A stretch of DNA of 52,761 bases from Pirellulales bacterium (GCA_041750795.1 JBGSYQ010000147.1:1-52761), one strand, 5' to 3'; counted from the stretch's first letter, positions 28,201 through 36,977 are shown. Numbers and translations: made by a program. The notes: generated by a model not told the origin, from the letters alone.

Positions 28201-28215
28201 ACAAGAGCTCGCTGA
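25213..28215 (+). CDS. Extracellular protein: planctomycete export motif, FN3 repeats, Ig-like domain, Vps62/NPP1-like C-terminal domain
   Basis: RRLQIEHLEERRVLS; three FN3 units (W...Y.L.R...YFYRVRA.N); VTFSEPID...DLAGN; FAPILHF...YYFHYP...HQGDWE...GGHATY. Confidence 0.8.
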   Translation: MASIRNKVNHRARRLQIEHLEERRVLSGERATEIVDLLDSDVSANEQAVNSIGPLVRASDEFGSVVPLAALAVPTGLNPQANGAQSVVINWNNVSGATHYKLERATSSGGPWTQIYFSAASQYTDAGAHLNPNTTYFYRVRAGNTGGESAFTAPASTTTFPAAPAVPTGLNPQANGAQSVFVDWNAVISIGDYFLERSTSPSGPFSQIAIRSPSQSNYIDSGPHLSASTTYFYRVRSKVTGIFSDYSAVAEAKTFAEPTEFDPGPRIISPASGSFGTLTAPVSYIDVTFSEPIDPTSFTPADISLRRGTAIIPVQQPTHQGDNVWRIPFAAQTVPGIYTLIVGPNIADLAGNLMNQNANTAGSFVSAFRIAPIPPPGTPQGLTAQLTGNSAVALDWNDVAGADSYALYRSTSPTGPWELQRPLYQGSQSQHHDVGSFLTPGQKYHYAVRASNSGGYSALSSFVSVTIPLSAPLGLDRWWATAGDGELSVTWTVEVPEAGEWYSLNVFGGWGLFGSRVVVLTEPGMPTANFNIDKGYFDADLPELSAGVHQFRIDAFHVPDSVGLWPMKLSLTTWADQVATMTTTLIADHSPDIGGASPRGEYPVGDGKRSFSPEDLVRHFAPILHFDNGEGSGSGGERYAVPFPVERSLGADLTREFGLGSNMEALDLTTWDSGSFTPENSPAAIYASLLYDVSHQELAINYYFHYPLSNWKQHGGFNIHQGDWEGVTIFLGREGRAWVPRRVSLAQHVDFVGVGGVETIEWSDLSIDRDHGGERVDLYVGLGGHATYAYSDITPWPPLWQDEYHRGNGATYVPSPSEVVYLHRLDSPDAFDWVRFPGKWGLTGDSPRGPAFQGLDYVIDASGLRWLDPWEWADRWYLPPEPAPLSSTVKGSFSDPRNWATDADRQLATQAALALTAVDEIIELSPRQQQRLSAGPEEKGVETRSREERSMVMTPIRPEIASAAERALIAISDDEPWELADAQADDLIVTLDRVTRTRAR
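25426..25751 (+). repeat. Identical 47-bp intragenic direct repeat (25426-25472 and 25705-25751)
   Basis: GCCGTGCCGACCGGGTTGAACCCGCAGGCCAACGGCGCGCAGTCGGT occurs twice, 279 bp (93 codons) apart. Confidence 0.95.
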
Positions 28216-28752
28216 GCGGTACCCGCGGCACATCGCCTACACGAATTTCAGGATCGACCGCGGCAGCCGGCGTTTCAGGCGTCTGAAGGTGGTTGGGATG
28301 CCGGGGAGGAAGACGTACAGGTCGTTGCGGTTCGATGGTGCGGAGGATGCGACTTGGCGTCGTGCTCGGCGGTGCACTTCGAGCTGACCATCAGCTTGGC
28401 GGCGGCTTGTTGCTGGACGGGAGTCTGGAGGCGGCCATCTTGATATCAGGGCACGTGAATCGTGTCCACCGACGACGCCTAACGAACTATCAGGTAGGAA
28501 TGTCTTTTGGTAGCGGCGAATCGGCCTCCTTCCGCGGCGCCCTGCCGTCCGGGTCGACGCCGAAGCTTTGGCTCGAATTCGGCAGAATGCTCGGGCACTA
28601 GACGCCGGTCTTACTTGGTGATGACTGATCCAGGCCGCTTGGCCAACCTGATGTCCTTTGGGTCGCTCCCTTCCTTGCCCCAGAATCTTATTTATTGCCG
28701 GACGACATCACTGCAGCGCATCACGACACAAGTGCGCCGAATGAGCAACATG

Positions 28753-28780
28753 AGTCGACATAATGTGCTTTATGCTTCCT
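28753..28780. promoter_or_regulatory. dif-like tyrosine-recombinase core site CATAA-TGTGCT-TTATG
   Basis: Inverted CATAA/TTATG around a 6-bp spacer, as in the E. coli dif core, ~80 bp upstream of the recombinase gene. Confidence 0.6.
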
Positions 28781-28854
28781 CTTTCGTGACGTAAAATCCG
28801 ATCGTTCGTCCCCCCATAGAAAACCTACCCGTCAATCTCTCGGCCGTTCCGAAA

Positions 28855-29850
28855 TTGCCCGATCGACTTTCGACCGAGGCAACGATCCGTGATTTCTTGA
28901 CGAAGGCGATCGCGCAGACGAAGGGAAGTCGAGGCGATCCGGCGGCGGCACTGCTGCCCTGGTTTTGCGATCGACTCTTATCGCCGCACAGTCGTCAGGC
29001 ATACGGCCACGATCTTTCCGCGTTCCTGCGAACAATGCAGGAACAAGGCATCGGTCCGCTCCAGGTCACCGGCGATCACGTCCGGATGTACAAGGCTGCG
29101 CTGCTCGGCGCCGGCCAAAGTGCGACCACGATCGCCCGCGTGCTGTCCGTGCTCCGCGGTGCCTATCAGCAGTTCGGTAGCCACGGACTGCTCCCGTGGG
29201 AGCGCGTTCGAGACATTCAAGCGATCGAATCTCCGCGCATCGAAAAAAACACGACGCCCGCGCTCAGCGAGATCGAGGCCAAGAAACTTCTGCATGCTCC
29301 CGATCGATCAACGATTCAGGGAATGCGCGATCACGCGATGCTGTTCGTGTTCTTCAAGACCGCCGCACGATGTTCGGCCGTGGCGAGTGCATGCGTCGGC
29401 AGCATCGAGCGAACCGACACCGACTACTATCTGTCGGTGCGCGAGAAGGGAAACAAGCGGCAGCGGAAAGCGTTACTTGAAGCGGCGCCGTCGGTGCTCG
29501 AATACCTGGAGGCTGCCGGCATTCGCGACGACATTGAGGGGCCACTCTTTCGGCCGGTGGCGAAGGACCGATCGACCTTACTACGTCGGCACCTCGGCCG
29601 TGCAACCATCTGGAAAATCGTGAAGGGGCACGCCCGCCAGGCCGGCATTGATGTTGACCGACTCAGCGGACGAGGCGTCGCCGTCCATTCGCTGCGAAAA
29701 ACCGCGTTGACCAACGCCCTGGAGCACGGAGCCAAGATCGAGCAGGTTCAGCAGCTCGCCGGCCACAGCGACATTCGCACCACCCAACTCTACTACGAGC
29801 CCCGAGAGAGCGACGCGGAAAACGCAGCGAGGCACATTCAGATTCGATGA
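28855..29850 (+). CDS. Tyrosine recombinase (XerC/D-like resolvase)
   Basis: SAM-like N-terminal domain (SPHSRQAY...ATTIAR.LS.LR); RDHAML...AARCS, KG, HSLRKT, LAGHSDIRTTQLY catalytic residues. Confidence 0.9.
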   Translation: MPDRLSTEATIRDFLTKAIAQTKGSRGDPAAALLPWFCDRLLSPHSRQAYGHDLSAFLRTMQEQGIGPLQVTGDHVRMYKAALLGAGQSATTIARVLSVLRGAYQQFGSHGLLPWERVRDIQAIESPRIEKNTTPALSEIEAKKLLHAPDRSTIQGMRDHAMLFVFFKTAARCSAVASACVGSIERTDTDYYLSVREKGNKRQRKALLEAAPSVLEYLEAAGIRDDIEGPLFRPVAKDRSTLLRRHLGRATIWKIVKGHARQAGIDVDRLSGRGVAVHSLRKTALTNALEHGAKIEQVQQLAGHSDIRTTQLYYEPRESDAENAARHIQIR

Positions 29851-30031
29851 CTCTCAGTTGTGCGGGCTGTATTTTCGCCGATGAACGGCCTCATGCCGCC
29901 TTACCCTAAGTACCTTAGGAGACAAGCGTTAGGCAACGCCACACGACCGCTTAAGAAAAAACAACCGAAAATCCTCGCCGATTCGTCCATAATTCGGCGT
30001 GACGTGGCACTTATGGGTGGAGGTTGACGAC

Positions 30032-31174
30032 ATGGTTGAATTCAAGAGTGATCTGATGCCAAAGAGTGACTCGCCATTTTCACTCGAAAACAAATCCCTC
30101 GCCGCAATCCTTGCCCTTGGCAGCTTGAGTCAAGAAGCACTTATGAGATTGGGAGGCGGCTGGTTGGACAGACACATAATGGACATAGCGCTTGAAGTAT
30201 CAGCCAGAATTCGACGACGATACGGCGTCCCGTTAGCGAGGTTGCATGGCGGCCGTACCCACGAGGACGAGGCGCTGGATGCTGCTTTTGAATTCTGGAA
30301 GGCACAACAATGCAACGACGATACACATCCAATTGCGCTACTCTGGACTATCGCTCAACGCGTTTTTCTTAAAGGTTACCGTCGAAGGAGCAATGTGCAA
30401 TTGGCATGGGACGTGGAAGGCGCGGCGGCCTATACCGCGGACGAGCTAGAGACGTTGAGTGACGACGAACGGAACGGGCTCGGAACTCTTCTTGAGGGAC
30501 GTCTGGCCGAAGTCTATCACATCATTACGCGTGGTCAGCCATGCTGCGATTCGTTCGTCGCTAAAGCATTAGGTATTTCCCGCGGCGCGGTGCGGAAGGC
30601 GATTGGGCGCATCCGAGATATTGCGCTGAGTGGTTGCTATGAAGTCCGTCGTGGAGATGAAGAGCAGCAGCAATTTGACCATGATGGACTGTTATGGGCG
30701 GGCATCGATAGCGAGGGGTTTTTTGATCAGTCAATGAGAATTCGTAGAGTCGACTTGATCGGGCATGCGGCACGATGGGGGAATCGTTGTGTCCGAACAG
30801 CGTACGATTTGCTCGAAAGCGGACTAACCTCATTCGTGACCGATATTTCTTCTGACAGTCGAGTCGGACGATGGCACGAATGCCCTGATTGTGATGCATG
30901 GCACAAAGTGCGACTGGGGACGTCGTTATTCCGTACCATTGGCCACGATCAGTTAACGTTCGAAGCACTTACGTGGCAGGCAAGCGTTGAACTCACGGGC
31001 GAAAACTTCGTGGAGGCTCGGGCCTCGGCTGTTGAGGCACTCAGAATTGTCGAACGTTGCCCGCCAGTACCGCAGGGATCATATGTAGATGAACAGGTAG
31101 GTATTTGTCGACGCATAATCCCGATCGCTGATGCAGAGGTCGAGAATCAAGTCATCGAAGACTATTTCGATTAG
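30032..31174 (+). CDS. Divergent sigma-factor-like/HTH protein with C-terminal extension
   Basis: EDEALDAAFEFW...LLWTIAQR (region 2-like); VAKALGISRGAVRKAIGRIR (region 4 HTH); GGAGG RBS. Confidence 0.55.
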   Translation: MVEFKSDLMPKSDSPFSLENKSLAAILALGSLSQEALMRLGGGWLDRHIMDIALEVSARIRRRYGVPLARLHGGRTHEDEALDAAFEFWKAQQCNDDTHPIALLWTIAQRVFLKGYRRRSNVQLAWDVEGAAAYTADELETLSDDERNGLGTLLEGRLAEVYHIITRGQPCCDSFVAKALGISRGAVRKAIGRIRDIALSGCYEVRRGDEEQQQFDHDGLLWAGIDSEGFFDQSMRIRRVDLIGHAARWGNRCVRTAYDLLESGLTSFVTDISSDSRVGRWHECPDCDAWHKVRLGTSLFRTIGHDQLTFEALTWQASVELTGENFVEARASAVEALRIVERCPPVPQGSYVDEQVGICRRIIPIADAEVENQVIEDYFD

Positions 31175-31374
31175 CGAGAGTTCAAGCCAGGACATCGACA
31201 CTGCGTGTGAGCTAACCAACCGACCATTTTACGGACACCTGTATACCTCATGGAAAAGACCGCCCCCGAAAGGGCGGCCCATCCCGAGCAACCTGCCAGG
31301 GTTGTCTCAGGCTGGATCGAGCCAATCTAGGTGACTCGTCCGCAGCTAGTAGATCATTGTTGCTGTAGACGCGC

Positions 31375-31415
31375 AAGCTCTGGATTGGCCGATGGCTGAT
31401 CGCAGAGCTTCTTTT
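31375..31415 (+). terminator. Terminator-like hairpin
   Basis: AAGCTCTG-GATTGGCC-gat-GGCTGATC-g-CAGAGCTT followed by CTTTT. Confidence 0.6.
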
Positions 31416-31507
31416 ATTGGCGCCGAGCCAAGCATTTGACTCAACGGCGTTGTGACAAACCCTTACCTTCGCTCGGTCGCGGTGCGCGCATACAGAGAGA
31501 CTTGACA

Positions 31508-32275
31508 ATGAACGAGCTCGAATTGGCCTTGGCGATCTTATTCGATGACGGCTGTCCGATTCACGAGGCTCCGGAAGAAGAGAAGACGGACGATGGAGCC
31601 ATCGGCGTCGCCGATGGGGAAGGCGATTCCAGTTTAAACCCCAAATTAACTGGAACGGCCACGGACGGATCGATCTACCAGGCCCTGGCCGACCATCAAG
31701 TCAATGAGAACTGGGAATTGCAGCATCTGTTGCACGAGTTGCAAATCTGGGCGCTGCGCATGAATCAAGAGTTCCATCTTCGTGTTCCCGAGATTGCACT
31801 ATCTGTGGAATGGCTGAATCGTCGACGGCTCGGCCATTTTCGTTACGGCCACAACGGATTTGGTCTACGTGGCGAGATCGCTATCAATCGTCGCCATCTG
31901 GCTAGCCGTCCGTTTTCGCAGATCCTCGGTACGCTTCTGCATGAGCTTTTGCACGCGTGGCAGCAAACGCATGGAAAGCCAGGCAAGAACAACTTCCACA
32001 ACAAGGAATTTCGAGGCAAGGCCCGCGAATTTGGACTCCTGGTCGATGAGCGCGGCCACACCGGATACGAATCACATAGTCTGTTCACGCAATTATTGGC
32101 GCGATACAGCATAAACGATACACAACTGCCGCCATTGCCGGCGCGACAAACCGATCGCCTCGGCACTTCGAAACTCAAACCATGGAGTTGTGGCTGCACT
32201 CGCGTGTGGGTGGCTGTTGCCGACTATCAAGCGGTCTGTCTGAAGTGCAACAACAAATTCAAGCGGCATTTTTGA
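31508..32275 (+). CDS. SprT-like zinc metalloprotease
   Basis: TLLHELLHAWQ HExxH, H.KEF, C-terminal CGC...CLKC Zn ribbon. Confidence 0.85.
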   Translation: MNELELALAILFDDGCPIHEAPEEEKTDDGAIGVADGEGDSSLNPKLTGTATDGSIYQALADHQVNENWELQHLLHELQIWALRMNQEFHLRVPEIALSVEWLNRRRLGHFRYGHNGFGLRGEIAINRRHLASRPFSQILGTLLHELLHAWQQTHGKPGKNNFHNKEFRGKAREFGLLVDERGHTGYESHSLFTQLLARYSINDTQLPPLPARQTDRLGTSKLKPWSCGCTRVWVAVADYQAVCLKCNNKFKRHF

Positions 32276-32478
32276 TCCATTCCCTTATCCCGAAGGAGGA
32301 CAGCCTGATGGCAAAAGTGGCTCGAAATGAGGCCCTTCGGGCCATCGCCCTTCAAAACAGACCTCCGCCGTAGCGAGGGCCTGCCCGCGATCTAGCGTCA
32401 ACTAGATCACGGGAATCATTGTCTGCCATCGGGGTGGCTGACAACACGGGAAGCGTACTCTTCGCTTTTCGTTCGTTC

Positions 32479-32518
32479 AACCCCGCGATGGCTAAAGGCC
32501 ATTGTGGGGTTCTCTTTT
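32479..32518 (+). terminator. Strong hairpin with U-rich tail
   Basis: AACCCCGCGATGGC-taaag-GCCATTGTGGGGTT then CTCTTTT. Confidence 0.6.
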
Positions 32519-32640
32519 GGTCGAGCATGGCTGCTCGGCTTGTTCAAGGAAGCAGTCGTTCACGGCGAGGGATCGCAATATGCGCGGAGGTAGAGGCGTT
32601 GGCTGGTCGATGGTCCGTTTTCTTTATTGGAGGTACTCCG

Positions 32641-33210
32641 ATGGCGACTGCGATGCGAGAGGAGCGAGTCTTTCCGCTGCGAAAGCGCGGCGTGAATTGG
32701 GGATGGGTTTGGGCGCTGCTCGTGTACTGGGTTTACAAGATCGGGATCACCGGAGCGATGCTCCTGATCTACGTCGGCTTCATCGCGGACGGATTGAGGC
32801 GCTGGAAATCGCCATTCGGGCAGAAGGTGTGGAGGTTCCCAATGTTGAATTGGCTGCGCGATTTCGAGGCCACCTATCGACTCGATTACGCGATGGTGGG
32901 CGCAATTGTGATGGCCTTCGTCGTGTGTATAGCGTGGAGCTATCTGCTCCGTACATGGGTGGAGGGCGAGGAACTTCGTTCCTCGATGAAGAAGCAGAGG
33001 ATGGCCGGTGCTGCGCTGATCGTGGGAAGCGCGATTCTCATCGGGGATGCCCTGCTCTTCTACATGACCTGCGTGCAGGCCGGCTGGAGCGGAACCAAGT
33101 TCTCGATCAGCGCTCTGATCGGCACGGCCGTGTACGTCGCCGTCGTGATCATGGTGAATCTGATCGGGGTTGATTTGAAGTTCAAAGTCGAAGAATCCCG
33201 TAACCGGTAA
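32641..33210 (+). CDS. Four-TM membrane protein
   Basis: GGAGG RBS; four hydrophobic segments; first gene of a tight operon. Confidence 0.7.
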   Translation: MATAMREERVFPLRKRGVNWGWVWALLVYWVYKIGITGAMLLIYVGFIADGLRRWKSPFGQKVWRFPMLNWLRDFEATYRLDYAMVGAIVMAFVVCIAWSYLLRTWVEGEELRSSMKKQRMAGAALIVGSAILIGDALLFYMTCVQAGWSGTKFSISALIGTAVYVAVVIMVNLIGVDLKFKVEESRNR

Positions 33211-33237
33211 CGTCCATTTTTTCAAAGGAGATCGAAC

Positions 33238-33912
33238 ATGTTGCGCCGTGAATTCATCCTCATGACTTTGTTGCTGGCCGGCTGCGCTCGGCGACAGGAG
33301 TACGCTCCGATGACGTTCGATTCGGACGTCGAACATAAGACCGTGATCGCGATCGACTTGTCCGGGAGCTTTCTCGATCTGATGGCCGAGCAGGGACGCG
33401 CGTATCACTTTCTAATGAATGTCTTGGACAAGTATGGGCAGGATCGAACGTCGGATCACATCATCATCGCGCAACTGAGCGGCAACGATGCCCCTCTGCT
33501 CTTTCAAGGAACCCCGCAGGAACTGCGAGATACGTTTCCGAACGCGCAGGCATTCCGGGACTTCCTTCTGTTGAAGAGCGATCCAAATGCGTCGCGCATC
33601 GCGGATGGTTTCTCGGACGTGCTTGAGTACGTCATGCGTGACCCAAACGTACGAAGCGGTGCCGTGAAATCGTGCTGCTTGGTGCTTTCGGACCTTGAGA
33701 ACAACGTCGTTAGTGCGAGAGGCGATACGAGTTCTCGTTTCAGGAAGGCACTAGCGGACTACAAGCAATGCGGTGGAATTCTCGGATTCTATTACGCGTC
33801 AACACGGGCCGAGGTCGTGAGTCCGTGGATACGCGGGCTCAATGAATCAGGAATTCAGTATCGCATGGAAGCTGGGATCAACAACTATCCAACCCTTCCG
33901 ACCTTCAATTGA
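33238..33912 (+). CDS. vWA-like lipoprotein
   Basis: Lipobox LLAGC; IAIDLSGS (MIDAS DxSxS); LVLSD; AGGAG RBS. Confidence 0.75.
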   Translation: MLRREFILMTLLLAGCARRQEYAPMTFDSDVEHKTVIAIDLSGSFLDLMAEQGRAYHFLMNVLDKYGQDRTSDHIIIAQLSGNDAPLLFQGTPQELRDTFPNAQAFRDFLLLKSDPNASRIADGFSDVLEYVMRDPNVRSGAVKSCCLVLSDLENNVVSARGDTSSRFRKALADYKQCGGILGFYYASTRAEVVSPWIRGLNESGIQYRMEAGINNYPTLPTFN

Positions 33913-33915
33913 ACC

Positions 33916-34527
33916 ATGGACACGATTCTCAACATCTTGGCTAAGCCGGACGTTTGCAGTTTGCTCGGGCTGATTCTGACCCTCTGCTGGATCGGAAGCG
34001 TCATGATTTCTTCCAGGCCGGATCTCCACGGATGGGGATACCGGTTGGCAGGAGTGAGCTTCGTCGGATACGGCCTGTACGCGGCATCGGTGGAGGAGCC
34101 CCGTGATGCTGACACATTCCTATTCATCACGATCCGGGCACTGTTTGCGGGTGGCTGGATGCTCGGCGGCTCTTGGATTGTTCTTGCAGTGGGCGGGTTT
34201 GTTTCGGATCGCCTGAAGCGGACATTTGATCGCCCACAGCGGAGGTTCCCTGATCCGTTGCCTACCGAATGGCCTGATCCGGCACGACTGCTCGCCCTGC
34301 CGTCGACCCAGGTCATCGACGTGAAGTCTGAGCCGGTGAAAGAGACACTACGGGAGAAAGTGTCCCGCGAGAAAAAGGAGTTGCAGGAGCGACTGGACGT
34401 CATCGCAACGGAGCTGACGGACATCGGCGGAGACGAACAGTTGGCGAAGGACGTGATCCAGGAATTGAGTGCTCGCCAGCTTGAGAAGTACCTACGGAGA
34501 TTGGGCGATGAACTTGACCGTGGCTAA
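33916..34527 (+). CDS. Membrane protein with C-terminal coiled coil
   Basis: Three hydrophobic segments then a charged helical tail; overlaps the next gene. Confidence 0.65.
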   Translation: MDTILNILAKPDVCSLLGLILTLCWIGSVMISSRPDLHGWGYRLAGVSFVGYGLYAASVEEPRDADTFLFITIRALFAGGWMLGGSWIVLAVGGFVSDRLKRTFDRPQRRFPDPLPTEWPDPARLLALPSTQVIDVKSEPVKETLREKVSREKKELQERLDVIATELTDIGGDEQLAKDVIQELSARQLEKYLRRLGDELDRG

Positions 34528-36109
34528 ACGCACGATCGAGCTGCCGGCGGAAAGAAGGCAGCAAATATTGAGCAACGTCTTTGCCCGGCGGCGGACGGCG
34601 CGCGCAAGGCGGACGCTCCGCATTGGATCGCCTGGTGGCTGGAAGTCCGGGGCATCGGAAGTGGAGGCGTGTGAATGGTGGCTGACGCCTTTCGAGAGAC
34701 AAGGATTGCTCTTTATCGATCCTCATGGGGATACCGTGGAATCGCTCAGTAGGCGATTTTTTGCGGCCGGAAGAGGCGCGCGGACGGTGCTCGATGAGCT
34801 GGATCAGCAGAAAGCCGTGCCGGGATACCTTCAATACAACCCCGTGCCAATGGAAGGCTTCGCGGCCGAGGTCGAGGTGCATAACGAAGTGATGCGGCAG
34901 GTGGAGATACTTGCCGATGAGCGCGGCCACATGGAACGGATCAACCTTCATCCGTTCGTGCGCCAGTGGTTGTATTGGCCGATCCGTGCGTTGATACGTG
35001 ATCGAGAGCCGCTGCGACAGGTTCGCGAGATGTACCAAGTTCTTGGAGAACGGTCGCGGGCGCTCGTGCAGCAATCAAACGACCAAGCCGTGCATGTGGC
35101 GTTTTCCGAACTGTGTGCGCTTCCTCGTATGGAGATTGAACGGCAGGTCGGCGCTGCCCGCCGGATCATGGAAAGCTACGTCGTTCCTCAAATAAGGGAG
35201 CGGTCGGGGAGCTGGCCCTGGTTAGGCTTCTTGGAGGATGGTGGCGCCTTGCTCATTGATGGCGGGAACGTGGCACAGGAAGTGATGCGGCCATTCTGTC
35301 TGAATCTAGTGCTGCGGGCGATGATCTACGCTCGCCTCAAGCGGATTCCGTTGCTGATCATCATCGACGAATTCAATCGCGGATTTGCCTCACACATGAT
35401 GGCCGACCAGATCGAACAGATGTCGAAGTTCCTCATGGGCCTTACTGCCTGCGTTCAGGCACCCGATTTTCCGAAGGAGATTGCCGCGCGGTTCTGGCAA
35501 TCGTTTCAGCGAACCGAACTGTTTGGATCTTCGGCAGAAGTTCTGAAGGACATGCTTCATCACTTGTGGCCGTTGATTAATTTCCATCGCGAACATCACC
35601 GGGATGTGAGCTGGCAGCAGTTCCACGCCGGGTTCGATGAAATCGAGCGCGACAAAGTATCCCATTCAGTCGGAAAGCAGCATCACGGCGGCGAGCATCC
35701 ATACAGCAGTGACACGGAAAGCACGACGACTTCCACAGACGTCATCCTCCGGCCGCGGTACCGAGAATTCGCGACCGAGCGAATTTCGTACTGGAGAAGC
35801 GAAGATCAATTGATCAATGAAGCGGTAAACGTGATGCAGCAGGCGCCCGGAGATCGTCTCGTTCTTGAGAATGGCCGCGCATATTGGGATTCGGTCCCGT
35901 GGCTCAATTCTCCGTTTCCGTGCGCCTTTGAGCGGACGTACGAAAAGCGATATCAGGAGTTCCTTTGCGAAATGCGCGAGCGTCCGTATTTCCGAACTCC
36001 GCAGACAGTAGAAGAACCAATCAGATTGGGTGCAGCATGTCGATTGCAGAAACTTCAGGCAGAACTCAACGGGCACTCGAATGGCTCCAACGGAGCCCAT
36101 CGATCGTGA
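34508..36109 (+). CDS. Divergent coupling-protein-like ATPase
   Basis: GSPGGWKS (Walker A-like), FIDPHGD, LIIIDEF (Walker B), ACVQ; same motif order as 10648-12921. Confidence 0.7.
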   Translation: MNLTVAKRTIELPAERRQQILSNVFARRRTARARRTLRIGSPGGWKSGASEVEACEWWLTPFERQGLLFIDPHGDTVESLSRRFFAAGRGARTVLDELDQQKAVPGYLQYNPVPMEGFAAEVEVHNEVMRQVEILADERGHMERINLHPFVRQWLYWPIRALIRDREPLRQVREMYQVLGERSRALVQQSNDQAVHVAFSELCALPRMEIERQVGAARRIMESYVVPQIRERSGSWPWLGFLEDGGALLIDGGNVAQEVMRPFCLNLVLRAMIYARLKRIPLLIIIDEFNRGFASHMMADQIEQMSKFLMGLTACVQAPDFPKEIAARFWQSFQRTELFGSSAEVLKDMLHHLWPLINFHREHHRDVSWQQFHAGFDEIERDKVSHSVGKQHHGGEHPYSSDTESTTTSTDVILRPRYREFATERISYWRSEDQLINEAVNVMQQAPGDRLVLENGRAYWDSVPWLNSPFPCAFERTYEKRYQEFLCEMRERPYFRTPQTVEEPIRLGAACRLQKLQAELNGHSNGSNGAHRS

Positions 36110-36639
36110 CGACACTGGCCGCCCTCGGGTGGCCGTCGTGGCAGAGCGCGTATCGGTGGGTCGAGCGCTACGTGCAATATGGCAAAGTGGAGATCCTTGG
36201 CCAGGTTCTCGGATCGAAGGATAAGTTCGTCAATGTCTACGGTAAGACTTGCAAGGCGGACCAGTTGGCCCACGAAGCGGAGCTTTCCACAGTGCTTGTA
36301 CATTTTGAGGTCGAGGGTATTCCGTGGAAGCGCGGGGAAGATGCGGATGGAACTTTTCGTGCTGACGCGGACATTTCGGAATATGGCCAAGTGTTTCGGT
36401 TGGAGCTGGATCGGGATAACGAGCGCCGTCGCGCGCTTGCGAAACGGCTCGGTGTTTATTCGAAGACCAGCGATTTCGTGCTTTTCGTCGCTCCGCACGA
36501 TCGGCGAATCAAACAAGTGAAGGAGATCGGATCGTTTCTGGGAGACCAGCTTCTTCTGACGACTTTTTCAAAAGCATCGAAAGACCCGTTTGGCAAGAAC
36601 GTGTGGGAAGACATCCATGGCAACAAGTGTTCGTTTTAA
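36037..36639 (+). CDS. Compact replication-relaxation-like relaxase/nuclease
   Basis: wHTH-like N-terminus, LAHEAELS, RADA...LELDRDNE...LGVY, VLFV; overlaps the ATPase 3' end. Confidence 0.6.
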   Translation: MSIAETSGRTQRALEWLQRSPSIVTTLAALGWPSWQSAYRWVERYVQYGKVEILGQVLGSKDKFVNVYGKTCKADQLAHEAELSTVLVHFEVEGIPWKRGEDADGTFRADADISEYGQVFRLELDRDNERRRALAKRLGVYSKTSDFVLFVAPHDRRIKQVKEIGSFLGDQLLLTTFSKASKDPFGKNVWEDIHGNKCSF

Positions 36640-36740
36640 TTTATGCAGCTACGCTCCGCTTGGTTCGGTCAGGCGAATCGCCGTCGGGCGTAGGCTTTCG
36701 CGCGAAAGCGCTTTTTATCCGTTTCTTTCCAACACCATGT

Positions 36741-36977
36741 ATGGACACACGATTACTCAATTCATTGGATTTCGACGATCGCTTCTCTATCGAGTTCTTG
36801 TACCGAGAAGGCGAGAAGCCGTTGCGCGTCAGAGTGACGTTCTGCGGTGGAAACGATTCCGAAGAATCCTTCGAGTTACCTATGGAAGCGCTTACATCAT
36901 CGGCAAGAGAAGCTATCCGAAGTTGTGCCGCCTTGGCTATTTCGGACTGGGTGCAGTGGGCCGCGGTTGCGCGTTGA
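36741..36977 (+). CDS. Hypothetical protein
   Basis: 78-aa MDTRLL... ORF, co-oriented with its neighbours; a competing minus-strand ORF exists. Confidence 0.35.
   Translation: MDTRLLNSLDFDDRFSIEFLYREGEKPLRVRVTFCGGNDSEESFELPMEALTSSAREAIRSCAALAISDWVQWAAVAR

Noticed and set aside
28216-28680. Short ORFs or a possible gene remnant after the FN3 gene
   Set aside because: No recognisable motifs or RBS; cannot be supported.
28855-29850. Integron integrase with a cassette array
   Set aside because: It lacks the IntI-specific insertion, and I saw no attC-like repeats.
32479-32511. IS200/IS605 end or HEARO/omega-RNA-like hairpin (CTAAAG loop)
   Set aside because: No TnpA, TnpB or IscB nearby, and the resemblance is limited to the loop; treated as a terminator.
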